Origin: Microgenomates group bacterium GW2011_GWF2_46_18
GTDB lineage: Bacteria; Patescibacteriota; Microgenomatia; UBA1400; UBA12108
Assembly: GCA_001002415.1 (NCBI GenBank)
Contig: LCMB01000004.1
Coordinates: 13-64,012, forward strand
Direction: 5' to 3'
Length of the DNA: 64,000 bases
The notes under the pieces were generated by a model. The model ran no database searches and was not told the DNA's origin. It worked only from the letters and a program-made list of their open reading frames with translations. Position 1 is the first letter of the stretch, and each line of letters opens with the position of its first letter. Below are positions 43,305-55,300 of this stretch, piece by piece. Position numbers and translations under genes: made by a program.

Positions 43305-46300
43305 TTAATCCAGATAGGAGGTTTGGGAAGTTTGGGTTTCGATGAATTGCTGAATTGGTTCGGCAAGAGATTTTCCGAGAGCGGTCAATTGTTGAATAAA
43401 ATCGGGTGATGTAGTTGTTGAGATATTTTTGAAGCTACGTTCAACAGCACTGATGGTTTCGTTGACTAGGTTCTGCATGAACCAAGGTAGAGTGTTTTTG
43501 GGAGGTGGGTTGTGGTAAGAGGCATAGGCATCTTCTAGTAGTCGAGAACTACCTTCCTCTGTAGTGGGAAAGATTTGGCCAAGCTCTGCTTCCATTAAGA
43601 TAAGTTGTTTTGATGAGGGCTTATTGAGAGGGGAAGGAAGAATTCCACTTCGTTGATATTTTTCAAAACCATAGATCGATTTAACACGATAGTAAGCCCA
43701 GATTAGAATTAGTTTACGATCTAGAGGGTTTTGAATTTCGGGGAGGAGAAAGCCGTTGTAGTCGTCAGCAAGGATTGTTTCAATGAGGCTGGGGTCGTCG
43801 ATAAAATCATTGATGTTTTGAAGTAACTGCTTTTCGTTGATAAGTGATTTGTATCGTTGATATGTCATTAAAGGGATACTAAGGCGATTGTAGGCTTTGA
43901 AAGTTTTTTCTAGATTGGTGAGGCTACTTAGACTATTAACACGGAACTCGACATTATTTACGTATTTTTGGGTGAAAATATCGGGTACTCCTGGACGTTC
44001 ACGAATAAACATACCTCGCGAAATGGAATAATTAATTGTTAGTTCTTTGCCTGAAACAGTGACCGTATTGGCCAATTCCTTTTCTTCTACGTCTTGAATC
44101 CCTCCTTGGCCGTTGAGGGGGGTAGCAGCATAACCAGTACCAAGAAGGGAGTTTTGAAGAAGTATCGAGTTTTCATCTAAGCTAATACCTTTTTCGCCAG
44201 ATATGGTGATATGGATACCTCTTTCGCCAATCCATTGGAGAATTTGGGGATGGAGAGAGAGAAAGCCAAGTTGTTCAAGTTCGGAAATTTCCCAGATGAG
44301 CAGGCGATAGTCGGCAACTGGGTAATTAGCGAATTCGTGAGTACCATCAAGCCCCTTGCCGACTTGGAGGGAGTCGAGATATTTAGTATCTTGTTGGTAT
44401 TCCTGGACGGCCTGCTTTATTTGCTGGTAGTAGGTTAAGGTCAGCTTGTCCATTGCGGACTCCATGAGGTCTAATGATGCGGAGCCAGTGGTTTTATGTT
44501 GATTTTGGAGCCTCTTTAGTTCGATGTAATCCTCGAGGCTAAAGAGACCCGTACGTTGGAGACCGTTATTGACAACTTCGATTTCTGAACCGAGACTGAC
44601 ACGATAATTAAGAGGTGGAGAGAAGTTGTCTTCGGTTAGTTCTCTAAGTTGTTGAGTTATGTGATCGTTGACTCGACCACAAAGATTAATGAATTCAATA
44701 GGATTAGTAAAGGGCTTACCCTTTAAAATTTGTTGATAGATACGCCAACTCATGAGACCGAGAGGAGTGCGAGTTCTAGAGTCAACTGTGTTTAAATGGA
44801 TCCAGTTCATAAATTGGCCAAATCTGGAACCGTTTTCGTCTGGATCAGATGAGTTGAAAAGTTTATTGAGCGTCGATTGCTTAATATCTAATAAACGATA
44901 TTGATGGGAAAGTAATTGTTCACGGAAGTTAAGTAGCTGAGCAATTTCATCTTGATTGAGAGGATTATCGGGCAGATAGACCGGAGACTGAGAAATTAAG
45001 TGAATTTCTTCGGGGGTTAAGTTAACCAGCTCCTGAGCAAAGTAATTCCAATCGAGAGAAAGAAGAAAATCACGGGTGGTCGGGGACTGAGAGATGATGG
45101 CCCAGTATCTCCGAATGGTGGGGTCGGAGATATGGGTGATGACATTATCGTTAATATCTCCTTCAAAGAGATTCCAAAGTTGAGTGGCTGGCCAGGAAAG
45201 AGATGGGGTACGTTTGGTTAGTATGAGAGCGATAATTTGATCTGGATTAAGGTTTTGATAGTAAGTCAAAAAATCAGAGTAGGCGGTGCCATGGGGAAAG
45301 ACATTCTCGCTAGCAAATGAGTTATGATAGTAAAATGTTCGCCAGAATTGTTGGACGGTAGGGGGAAGTAAGTCAAAAATGTTACGATAACGATTCATGA
45401 GTTCGAAAGGAAAGAATTGCCGGGCAGCGTAGGTCTTGTCGCTAGTGGTTAGGTCGGAGATGATGAGAGCTTTGATGGCACTGTCGGAGTCCTCTTGAAG
45501 AAAACGTTGTTGGTAGTATTGGTAACCATTAACTTGTTCTTCGATTAGGTATTGTTTAATCCCTGATGAATTGATAATGCTGGTCCAGAACTTTACTTGT
45601 TCGGGGGGAAGAAAAGTGAGGAACTCTTCGGTAGAAAAATTTTTCTCTCCCATGTGGGAATCAAAAAGTTTATAGGCAGCTTCAATTTGGTTATGATCAA
45701 TCATATAGCCTGCTAGATGGGCAACAGCAGAAATTGGGGAAGTTGGGATGGAACTGGAATGATATTGAGAAACAATTTCGAGAGCTTGGGGGATTGATTC
45801 TAAATCTACGAGGTTTACTTTGGAAACGGTGTTGTTGGATAAGAGGGAGGCGAGGTTTGACCAATCGAATGTAGTACCCAGGTGATCGACAATTATTCCC
45901 AAGTAATCAATATCCTGGAGGATAGCTGGGGATTGATTAAAAAAGTCAAAGACAAGTTGGGCTTGGGAAAATATTTGTTCAGGCCTATCCTGATATTTAT
46001 GGACTACCAGGCCAAGAACATTGGTAATTAGGGTGGTGTCTGTGTCATGATCAAGAATGAATTGACCGTAGGATTGATTATAAGATGTAAGGGTGAGAAG
46101 GGTAAGGGGGTTGGCCACAAAATTTATAGTCCGGATAATTGTATCTATTTGGTTGTTGTTGAGTTTGGGGAAAAGTGCTTGGAGATATTGTTTGATCTCC
46201 GGATCAAATTTATCTATACTTGAGACTGGCTGGGGAAGTCTGGCTAATAAATTTTCTAAAGCGATAGTGGTGGTAAGAGGTAAATTCAAGGGGATTTGAG

Positions 46301-49300
46301 CAGGATTTAATTGATATTTTTGGTAAATGTTGGCAAGAATAACATGATTAATTTCTAGTAGAGATTCGGGGGAATTGGAGTATTCACTAAAAAGGGCTAT
46401 TTTTGACTCGATCTTGTTCAAATCATCAGTGTCTTTGAAAAATAGGGAAAATTCTGATTGTTGGGAGGAGATAATCTGGGAAATTGCCAATGAATGGGAG
46501 TCTTTGATAATAGCTTCGATGATGAGATTCTGAGTGAGAGGACTAAAAGAAGTTAATAAATTGGTGGAGAGGGTAGTAAGGTTCAAGGCGAGTTGGATAA
46601 TTTGCCGTTGAGTGTATTTTTTCTCAATCAATTCAGGAACATTAACTTCAAACTCAGTTTCAAGTTTTCTGGCGGCTTCGAGAGTTTCAGTGGCTAGGGT
46701 AGGATCTTGGGCAGATAACTCTAGAACGCTCAATGTATTTGACGAATTTTTGAGTGATTCAAACCAAGCCGTAAATTGTTCGTCGTTATCCATGGTGGCC
46801 CAAACCTTGAGAGCTTGGGGGTAAATCATAAATCGACTAAGATTGGGCTCTTCTTTGAGTAAATTAACAATCCAAAAAATTCGATCGGGAGCAAAATTAT
46901 TGAGATTGATGATTTTGAGAGTTTCGAGAAGATAAACTTGTTTTTCGAATGAGTCCTTGGCAAGAGGAAGGTTGTTGGCCTGTTGGGTAATTGTATCGAG
47001 GAAATTGAGGGTATTGTCTACATTATCATTTAGAGTGAGAACTCGCAGAGTTTCGACAACCCTATCATCGAGATAGTCAGCTGGTTTATTGGCAGGATTA
47101 GTATTTCCTAGGTTATAGATAGCATTGAAAATGCTTAGAGTACGATTGTGTTGGGGGGAAGTCAGATTTTGGAGGCGGTGAAGATAGGTGGTAAGGTCGG
47201 AAGACTTGAGGCCTGCTACTAAAACTTCTCCGGAATAGTGAGATCTAAAACGTTTATTGAAAGTTCGACTGGTTTTAACCAGCTCATCGATATAAAGCGA
47301 GAGATTGGAGAAGTGATCGGTAGCGTTAGCTTGATTGGTGAGACTGTTTAGTGCAGGAAACAGAAAAGCGTCATCGATAACTTTCGTCCAGATATTTTTT
47401 GTAGGAATTGTGCGCAGAATTTGTTCAAGGGTGCTACTATTTGCTACTAAAAGATCGAGAGTTGATTGGGTGGGTTTTTCTCCGATAAGATTAGTGAGAT
47501 CCCAGGTATCTGTACTACCAGTATCGGCGAGAATTTGACTAAGTTTAATCAGTGGGGGAATGGTGGTAGATAGATCTAAATCTGGATTTGATAGGGCCTT
47601 AAATAATTGACTAACTCCGTACGCGTTTTTTCCTAAGACGATAGAGGCAAGTTGAGAAGAATAAGGAGATATTTTGGTAAAATCGATGCCGGAATAACCA
47701 TTTAGTAATTCATTAAGGAGACCCTGAGTGTCAATGGTTGGTTGGACTGTTTGAATGGTGTTGGCTAAGGTAACTACATCAATAAGAGCGGTAATAATAT
47801 TACTGTCGTTAAATGAATAGTTGGTTAAATATTTTTGAGGAGAGCGAGGGCTCACGAGAATCCGAATGAGCTTGTCTCCGTTTGGTTTGGCTTTAAGAGT
47901 ATTAATGACTTCATCTTTTTGTTCAGCAGTGAGGACGTCACCCAAGCGGTTTTTCCATTGGTTAAGTTTATAGTTTTGGTAGCGATCACTCATCCAAGTG
48001 TGAGCACGGGTTGAAAGCGAAGGAGCAGTGGGGGATTGGGGAGAAGAGTTATCTGCTGGTTGGATTGTCCTAATGGGAGCGGAGTTTAAGAATTTTGTAC
48101 CAAGGTTTTTACCGAAGTCTTTAAGATTAGAGAAGTCGGGGAAGGCAGAAATACCAATGGTGCGACCGAGGAGTGTGTCGAGGGCGGTTTGGGGAGTGAC
48201 TTGGGAGGTAATTTGATCAAACTTGATTCTTTGTTTTATTTTTAACAAAACACTGTTTATCTCATCCTGTAATTGAGTATTGATTATGGTTAATGAACCG
48301 TCAGTGAGGGTATTGGAAATTGGGAGGGCATGACTTTTTCCAACAACAGCAAGGATATTCTTATCAGGATTTGCATCTCTGACTTGTTTAATTCTTGACT
48401 GATAGAAATTTTCCCTGGCTAGTGCATCAAGTTTGACAAAATTGAGAACCAAAGTGGAGATTTCTTTTGCCTCATCAATCTCGGTTGAAGCGAATATGCT
48501 ATCAAAAACAGCGTTAGTTAATTGATTGGCATATCCAGAATCTCCTAAGAAATAGTTTGTATATAACTCTAAGATTTTTCTCCTGGATTCTTCTAGGGGG
48601 AGATTATTAGCCAGATCATTTTGGAGAATGTGTATACCAAACATGAATGCAAAATCTGCTCGGGAGATATCAATTTTGGAATCTAACCATAATTTGTATC
48701 TGTCTGATATTTCGTTATTTAAAATAATTAATTCTTTGTTCGTGTTGATTGCATGCTCTTGAGCTGTTTGCATAAATCTTTTTTCAGAGCTAGCTTGAGA
48801 ATATGGATTTCCCTTGATGGATTCGAATTCAACAACTATGATTTGAGACTGATCTAACCCATTTTTGAAGTCCAATTCTGATTTTGGATCAAGGGAATTT
48901 TTGACGTGTTGTTCGCCAACAATTATTGTTTTGTTTGAATTAATTATTAGTGGCAAGTCTGTACCTGATGATGTATCAATTGCGTCGATAGTACGGTCGA
49001 GGGAGGTGTTGAGAGCGGTTTGGGGGGTGGTTTCGGAAATGGGGAGGGGTTGGTATTGGGTGAAGTTACTGGTGAGTTTAGGAAGAATTGGTTGAGGCGG
49101 TACTGTTAAGTAGTTAAGGGGATGACCAAGGATTTTGTCGTTAAGTATGAGTTGACCGGCGAGACCTGAGTTTTGGGGATCAATCCCAAAATTGATATTG
49201 ACGAGGGCGGCGTGGGCGCCGTAGAGGCTAGAAAGATACTCGGAACTGGGATGAATGGTCCCACTAATATTATCAATAGTCTCGCTTTTGCCAGGCAGGA

Positions 49301-52300
49301 CCATTTCTTCAAGAAAATGCCCGGTTTCGTGGGCCAAGGTTTTGAGTTGCAAGGGGAGGGGGAGAGTCGAAAATTCTGGGTGAAGGAAAATGTAAGAGCG
49401 GGGAATAGAGTCATTGGGGGTGAAACCATATTCAGTTCCGTTATCATCTGTAATGCGCATGGTTCCGTCAGCATAGAAGTTGGCAAGTGAAGAGCTTGCG
49501 TCATTGATATTTTTGTTGAAGCTATCGGGACTAACGAGATTATGATATTGTTCGTCGAGGGGATTGGTGACGATTTCTACCCCATGTTCACGCAGAGTGG
49601 TTTTGATGAGGGTCAGTGCGTCTTCGAGAGAAGGACTTTGATAGAGTTTGGCAAGAAGGTTGAGTGGGTCAGGTGTTTGATTAAGGGCTGCAGAAATATC
49701 AATAGCTGGTTGATAGTGGGAGAGAGCACTCCCCGTACGGTAAAAGATCAGCTCTGAATTGTCGTCGAGGGGAACAACATCCTGACTAAGAGTAGAAGAG
49801 ACTTGGGAAAGAGCAGACGAAGAGAAGGGGAAGGTCGAATTAGGAGAACGGAATACGGAGATTAGTCGCTCGATAAGGTTGTTGAGCCAGTTGGTGTCTT
49901 CGGGATTGGCAATGATACCGGCGGTGCGGCCCAGGAAGGAGTCGAGGGCGGTTTGGGGGGTGGTTTGGGTATCGATCGAAATATCTCTGTTGACTATTCT
50001 AACGTTAATTTCTGGAATGATGTCACTAATGTCAATAATTTTTCCGTTCTGATGTGCACTATAAAGTTCCATAAATCGTGATTCGAAACCACCTAGTTTT
50101 GCTAATTGTCTGATTATTTCCGCTTTTTGCTCGTCTGTGGCGTCTCGATTATATGTAGGTTCCAGAGTTGTATTGAGGGTTCGAACAAAATCGTTTCCGA
50201 AGATAGATACTAAATCCTTGAATACTGAATAATCTAGCTCTGTTTTTGCGACAAATAATCGTTTGAAGGCTTCTAGGGCAGACATGCTGCTTCTATCCCG
50301 TATGGTCTCAATCATAGATAACATAAAGGCATTATCTAGTTCATACGGAGTTGCAAACGTGATGCCAGAATTATGCATGACGTATGCTGCAAATAGATCA
50401 GCCATTGCCTCTTCGCCTGCTCCTTTTAACTCTCTATTATTTACATATTTCATAAATCCACTTTGTATTAAATCGTATGTATTTTTGCGGGGATTAGGGT
50501 TAAATTGAATTACTTTTTTGGTGATAAAATGTGAAATTTCATGAATAATTATTGCTTGTGCTTGTTGGTCAAGGAGGCCCATGTCGGTAGGTAAATTAAT
50601 TTCAATAGTTGTACCATATGCATCTGTTTCTCCACCACCAATTCTCTTCTCGACATATTTTTGTCTATTTCGATCGAGAAATTGTGGTGTTAGATCAGCA
50701 AATATGAACTGATTGGGAAATGGCATTAGAGCTGGATCTATGCCAAGACTAATTAGGGCCTCTTGGGTTTTTGAGAGTATTTCTTGAAGAATCAGCTGAT
50801 CGTTAGGCGTTAATTTTCTCAATAAATGATCGCCGAAATCATTATTTAAATATTTTAGGTATTTGTTAAAAATTGAGTTTTTTCGGCTTTGGAAATATGC
50901 CCCTTGATCTTTTGGAGTCATTGTTGCGGAAAACTTGGTCTTTAATCGAATGTTATTTGGCAAATCAGATGATTCTCCCAGGTACTTATCAATATCACGT
51001 AGATCAGCTTGATATTGCTCGATTTCGTTACTAGTTTTATCTAGTGCCATTAAAATATATTCTGAATCGACATTCTGGTTTTTTAATAATTCAATCGTGT
51101 CGTTATAGAAGGTAATAAGTTTAGATAGATTATCGCCCACGACTCGAAATCTAAGGAAGTAATCGAAGTGCTGTATTTTTCTATTGCTTGCAATATTTTC
51201 AAGACTTTCTATTGTTTCCCATGTACGTTTTAATTTGGGGAGAACGTTTGTAAGAGAGTCGGAATAAGAGAGATTCTTAATAGTAACGCCGATACTATAA
51301 GTTCCTAGATCGATGGATTCTAGATAGGAAATTAATTGATCTAATTCATGAATAAATTCTTCGATATTAGATTTTTGAGATAGTGAAGCGCGGATTTCCT
51401 CCAAATGTTCTTCTCTTATATCTAAAGAGTTCAATCTGGCCATAAAGTTATCAAATATTGGTGATGATGCCATAATTTCATTAGTGAGTGGAGTTGGCGT
51501 GTTGTCTGCCGGTCGGATTTTACTAAAATTATATTGAATGGTATGTTGGGGGAATGAATCGTTGTATTTAGTTGGGACGGCTACATCAATGACATTGTAC
51601 CCAGTTTGCTCTATTGATCGAATATTTATTTGTTTGTTGCGAGGCAGTTGATCAAATGGTGTAAAAATATACTCAATGTCGGTTTTCCCCTGTTTTAAGG
51701 CTGTCATGACACGATTGGCTCCGTCGAAGGTATAAACTTTGCCGTTGTAAAGGGTAATTTCGATTGGATCGATGTGAGTTCCTTGAGAAAGAAGTTCAGT
51801 TAAGGCTGCGACTGCGTCCGGAAAGTATCCAAATTCGTGGGGATGAAGTTGGGAGATGCTAATAGTTCCGGTGGGTAGGAGAGTAATAGTTTCGGGGAGG
51901 TCGGTGGGGATGGAGGGGGCGGTAATGGAAGGAGAAACTAATTGATCAACTTGAGAGGTGATAACCAGACCGGCTTTTAGGCCGATGTCAGAGAGTTGGG
52001 TGGTGAGAGTAGGGAGTGGATTAGTGCTATCTTGGGGGGTGGTTTCGGAAATGGGGAAGGGAGATAGGGAAGCGAGTCGACGAGCGAGATTTGGCCAGTG
52101 GGCAAGGCGCACGGATTGGAGAAGCAGGAGAGTAGATTCTTGAGAGTAACCTAAATCACGAATGGTTTTGTAGGCATTAAGGCCATTGTTGACCAAATTG
52201 TATTGAGTTGGGTTAATTATCTTCGTGATCGGGCCTGAGGATGAAGGAATGGTGATCGATTGTCGGCTGTAATAGTATTTCCGGAATGAATCGATCGTAG

Positions 52301-55300
52301 CTTGGTGGAGGAGAAGGGCAAATAGACTTGTTTGTGGAGTTTTGGTGATTATGTTGGGATTGGAACTGACATTTTGTTCCAGCTGTGAAAGAATAGATGA
52401 TTCTGGAAAGACATTTTCCATTGTTTTGTCATAGAGAAAATCATAGCCTCCGTTGATGCGACTTAAGTAATAGAACATAGATTCGAAAGCAGTTGGCCAG
52501 TCTGGATTAGTTTCGCCAGCAATTTGGGCAAGTAATTCGTTGGCTATTTGATATTCTCCTGATTTGCGTTGGAGGAATATATATTCGGCGATCAAATTTT
52601 CGAGTCTAGTGGTTACTTCTGGGAGGAAGTTAAAATTGGCGTCACCTTCCTCGACTGATAGATAATCAAAGAGTGGTCCCCACGTTTTCCCTTTCAGGAG
52701 AGTTAATGTAACAGTGATTTGATTGTTGGTGGTAGTGATAATTCCGGTATAATCTTCTTGATAAAAGTCAAGAAATTTTTGAAAATATTGTAAATTTCCT
52801 GGTGTGAAGGGGAAAGTAGTTGTAAGGGTGTCGAATGATGAAGTTTCGGAAAAAGGTGATTGGGCAAGTTGAATAATTTCGGCCTCAATTGATTTTAGTC
52901 GTGACTGCTCGATAGGAGATAATTGATTGGTGCGAAGAGTGGGAGTAAGAGTGCTGAACTGAGCGTGCTGTGATTCGTGTTTGAGCACGTCCACGGTATT
53001 GTAAGTCTCCATATTAAGTACGGAAACACTATATCGTCCTATGCGTGCGTGAAACCCTCCGTACGATTCGCTAATATCTGTAAGTCGGGGGTTCAGAATA
53101 TTGAATTGTTTGGCATAAGCCTTGGCAAAATCTTCGGAATTAGAACTGTGGAGAGTAAGTTTGCCGTAGGAAGTAATAACTTTTATTTCGCCTTGAGGTA
53201 AGAAGCCAAAGATATATTTCCAGAGTAATTTGGGGTCTGGGTAGGTTTTTAGTAGTGAGACAACGTCGATTTGATCGTTGTAGAGAGCGTTGATGCCATA
53301 GAGAAAATTATTAATTTCGAAGGTAGATAGATTGGTTTCTTTGGCTTTGATTAGAGTTAAGTTGAGAAGTTCGTTGCGGGAGATTGTGGGTTGCTGGGAA
53401 ATAATTAGATTAATGTTTTGATAAAGTGATTGGAGTTGTTGATAACGGGTTGATAGATTCTCTTTGAATTGGGTCAAGGCAGCTTTTTTCTCAGTATTAT
53501 TGAGAAGAGAAATATTAGACAGTTGAGAAGATAAATCGTTGGGATCATTGTTTTGAATCGTCCAGGAGAGGATGAACTCTTCTTGATTGGAGGGGGGATT
53601 AGCGGGAAATTGAATGGTGAGGTTACCAAAAGTGAGAACATCACCGTATTTTAGGCCGATGTACAGATCATCAGTATTTACTGAAGCGAATTCGGAAAGT
53701 GGCTGAGTAACTCCATTGATCGTAATAATTGTTTGAGAAGGAGTGCCAGGGGGGATGGAGAGAATGGTAGCGGGAACGGTTGGTGATAGATAATCATAGT
53801 CTCCACCAGATAAAATAAAATCGGAAAATGTTTGCAGGAAAAGGTTTGATTGTTTGGAGTTGGTAGTGTTAAATTCATTACCAGATAGATAGGTGTTTCT
53901 ATGGAGGGGTGAAGTAGTGGTTTGGAAAGATACTGTAGCGGGGTTGACTTGGGGAGTGTTGATTCTTTCCCAGCTCGAAAAAGGAGTGTCGGGATTGAGG
54001 GGGATAGAGTAAGCGACAAGGTGATATTTGTTGAGAATATCGCGGATTTTCGAAGCCTGTTGAGAAATGATGTCTCCATCGGGGGATCCAAGAGCTTCTA
54101 GTTCTTCAAGAAGTTTATGCCGTTCGTTTTGATCATATTCAATAAAGGCTGGTGTTTCTGGGGTGCGGGCGATGAGGGTGGTTGTGTTGGGGCCAACGAC
54201 AATAATTGAGTTACAACTAAAGTCTTTCTCAGGACTACCTTTTTGGAGAAGGAAGGTAAGGTCGGTGGTGGAAGGTAAATCGCCGATACGATTGAGAAGT
54301 TCTGGGTCGATGTTCTGTCCGCGAGATTCAATTGCATTTTGTTCGAGGGTACCAACTGGGTGGGAATGAATCCTGGTAAGAGGTTGTTCTCCGGGAATGA
54401 AGAGCTCAACTCCAGAGGAATATTGGCCTTCCCGGTAGATACCATGCCGTTGGCTTTGGTCGAGCATTAATAGAGAAGAGTCACGTTGGAGGATAATATT
54501 TGATCCTTCCTGATCAAAAGAGGCGGAGTGAAGCTGAAGCTCGAGGAGTTTAAGGCTGAGAATACTAGGATTGGAGAGTTGGGTTGGTAGGTCTTTGGAA
54601 TGGACTTTCCCTGAGAGAATATTGGCAAATTCTTCATCGATTGAGGTATCGGTAATTTCGACTAGTTCTTCTTGGCTGACGTCTACTGCTGGATTAAGGA
54701 AACGACCTTGTTCCAAATACGTCATAATGGCTGCGTGGTTACGTTCAATGATTACTTCTCCCCACGCCGTTTCTTCTAGAATCTGATTGAATCTGGTAAC
54801 CATTACATCGCCCAAGTTCATGCCAGCTTGAAGAGCTTGATTAGAAAGAGTTGTGAGAGGATTAGTGGCAGTGGGAGCGGGAGAAAGTGGGATGGTTTTT
54901 ATTTTTTCGGCATTAATAGTTTCGGCTGAGGTGATTGCGTCTTCTAGTTTGTTACTATCGAAAAAGTTGGCGACTGGATCAGTGGGATCAATGTCTTCTA
55001 GGTCAATTCCTGCTTTTTGAAGTCGGTTTAACCTGTCAATTAGACGAGGATAGTCTTGAGGAATTGGTTCTGCGTATTGGGTAATTTGGTTTTGAAGGTA
55101 GGTTAACCAGCGGTCGGTGTTGGGAGTAGAAGCGACGGCGTGGGGATTGATAGGGGGCGATGGGGGTTGCGCTTGAGGAGTAATGGGTGTTTGGGGAGGG
55201 GTGGGGGAGTTGGGTGATTGACGGGTGGTATTCTCCCATGGCATCTTGGTGATATTGTTCTGATTTAAATACCCTCGTACGGAGCCGGCAATACTTTTAT

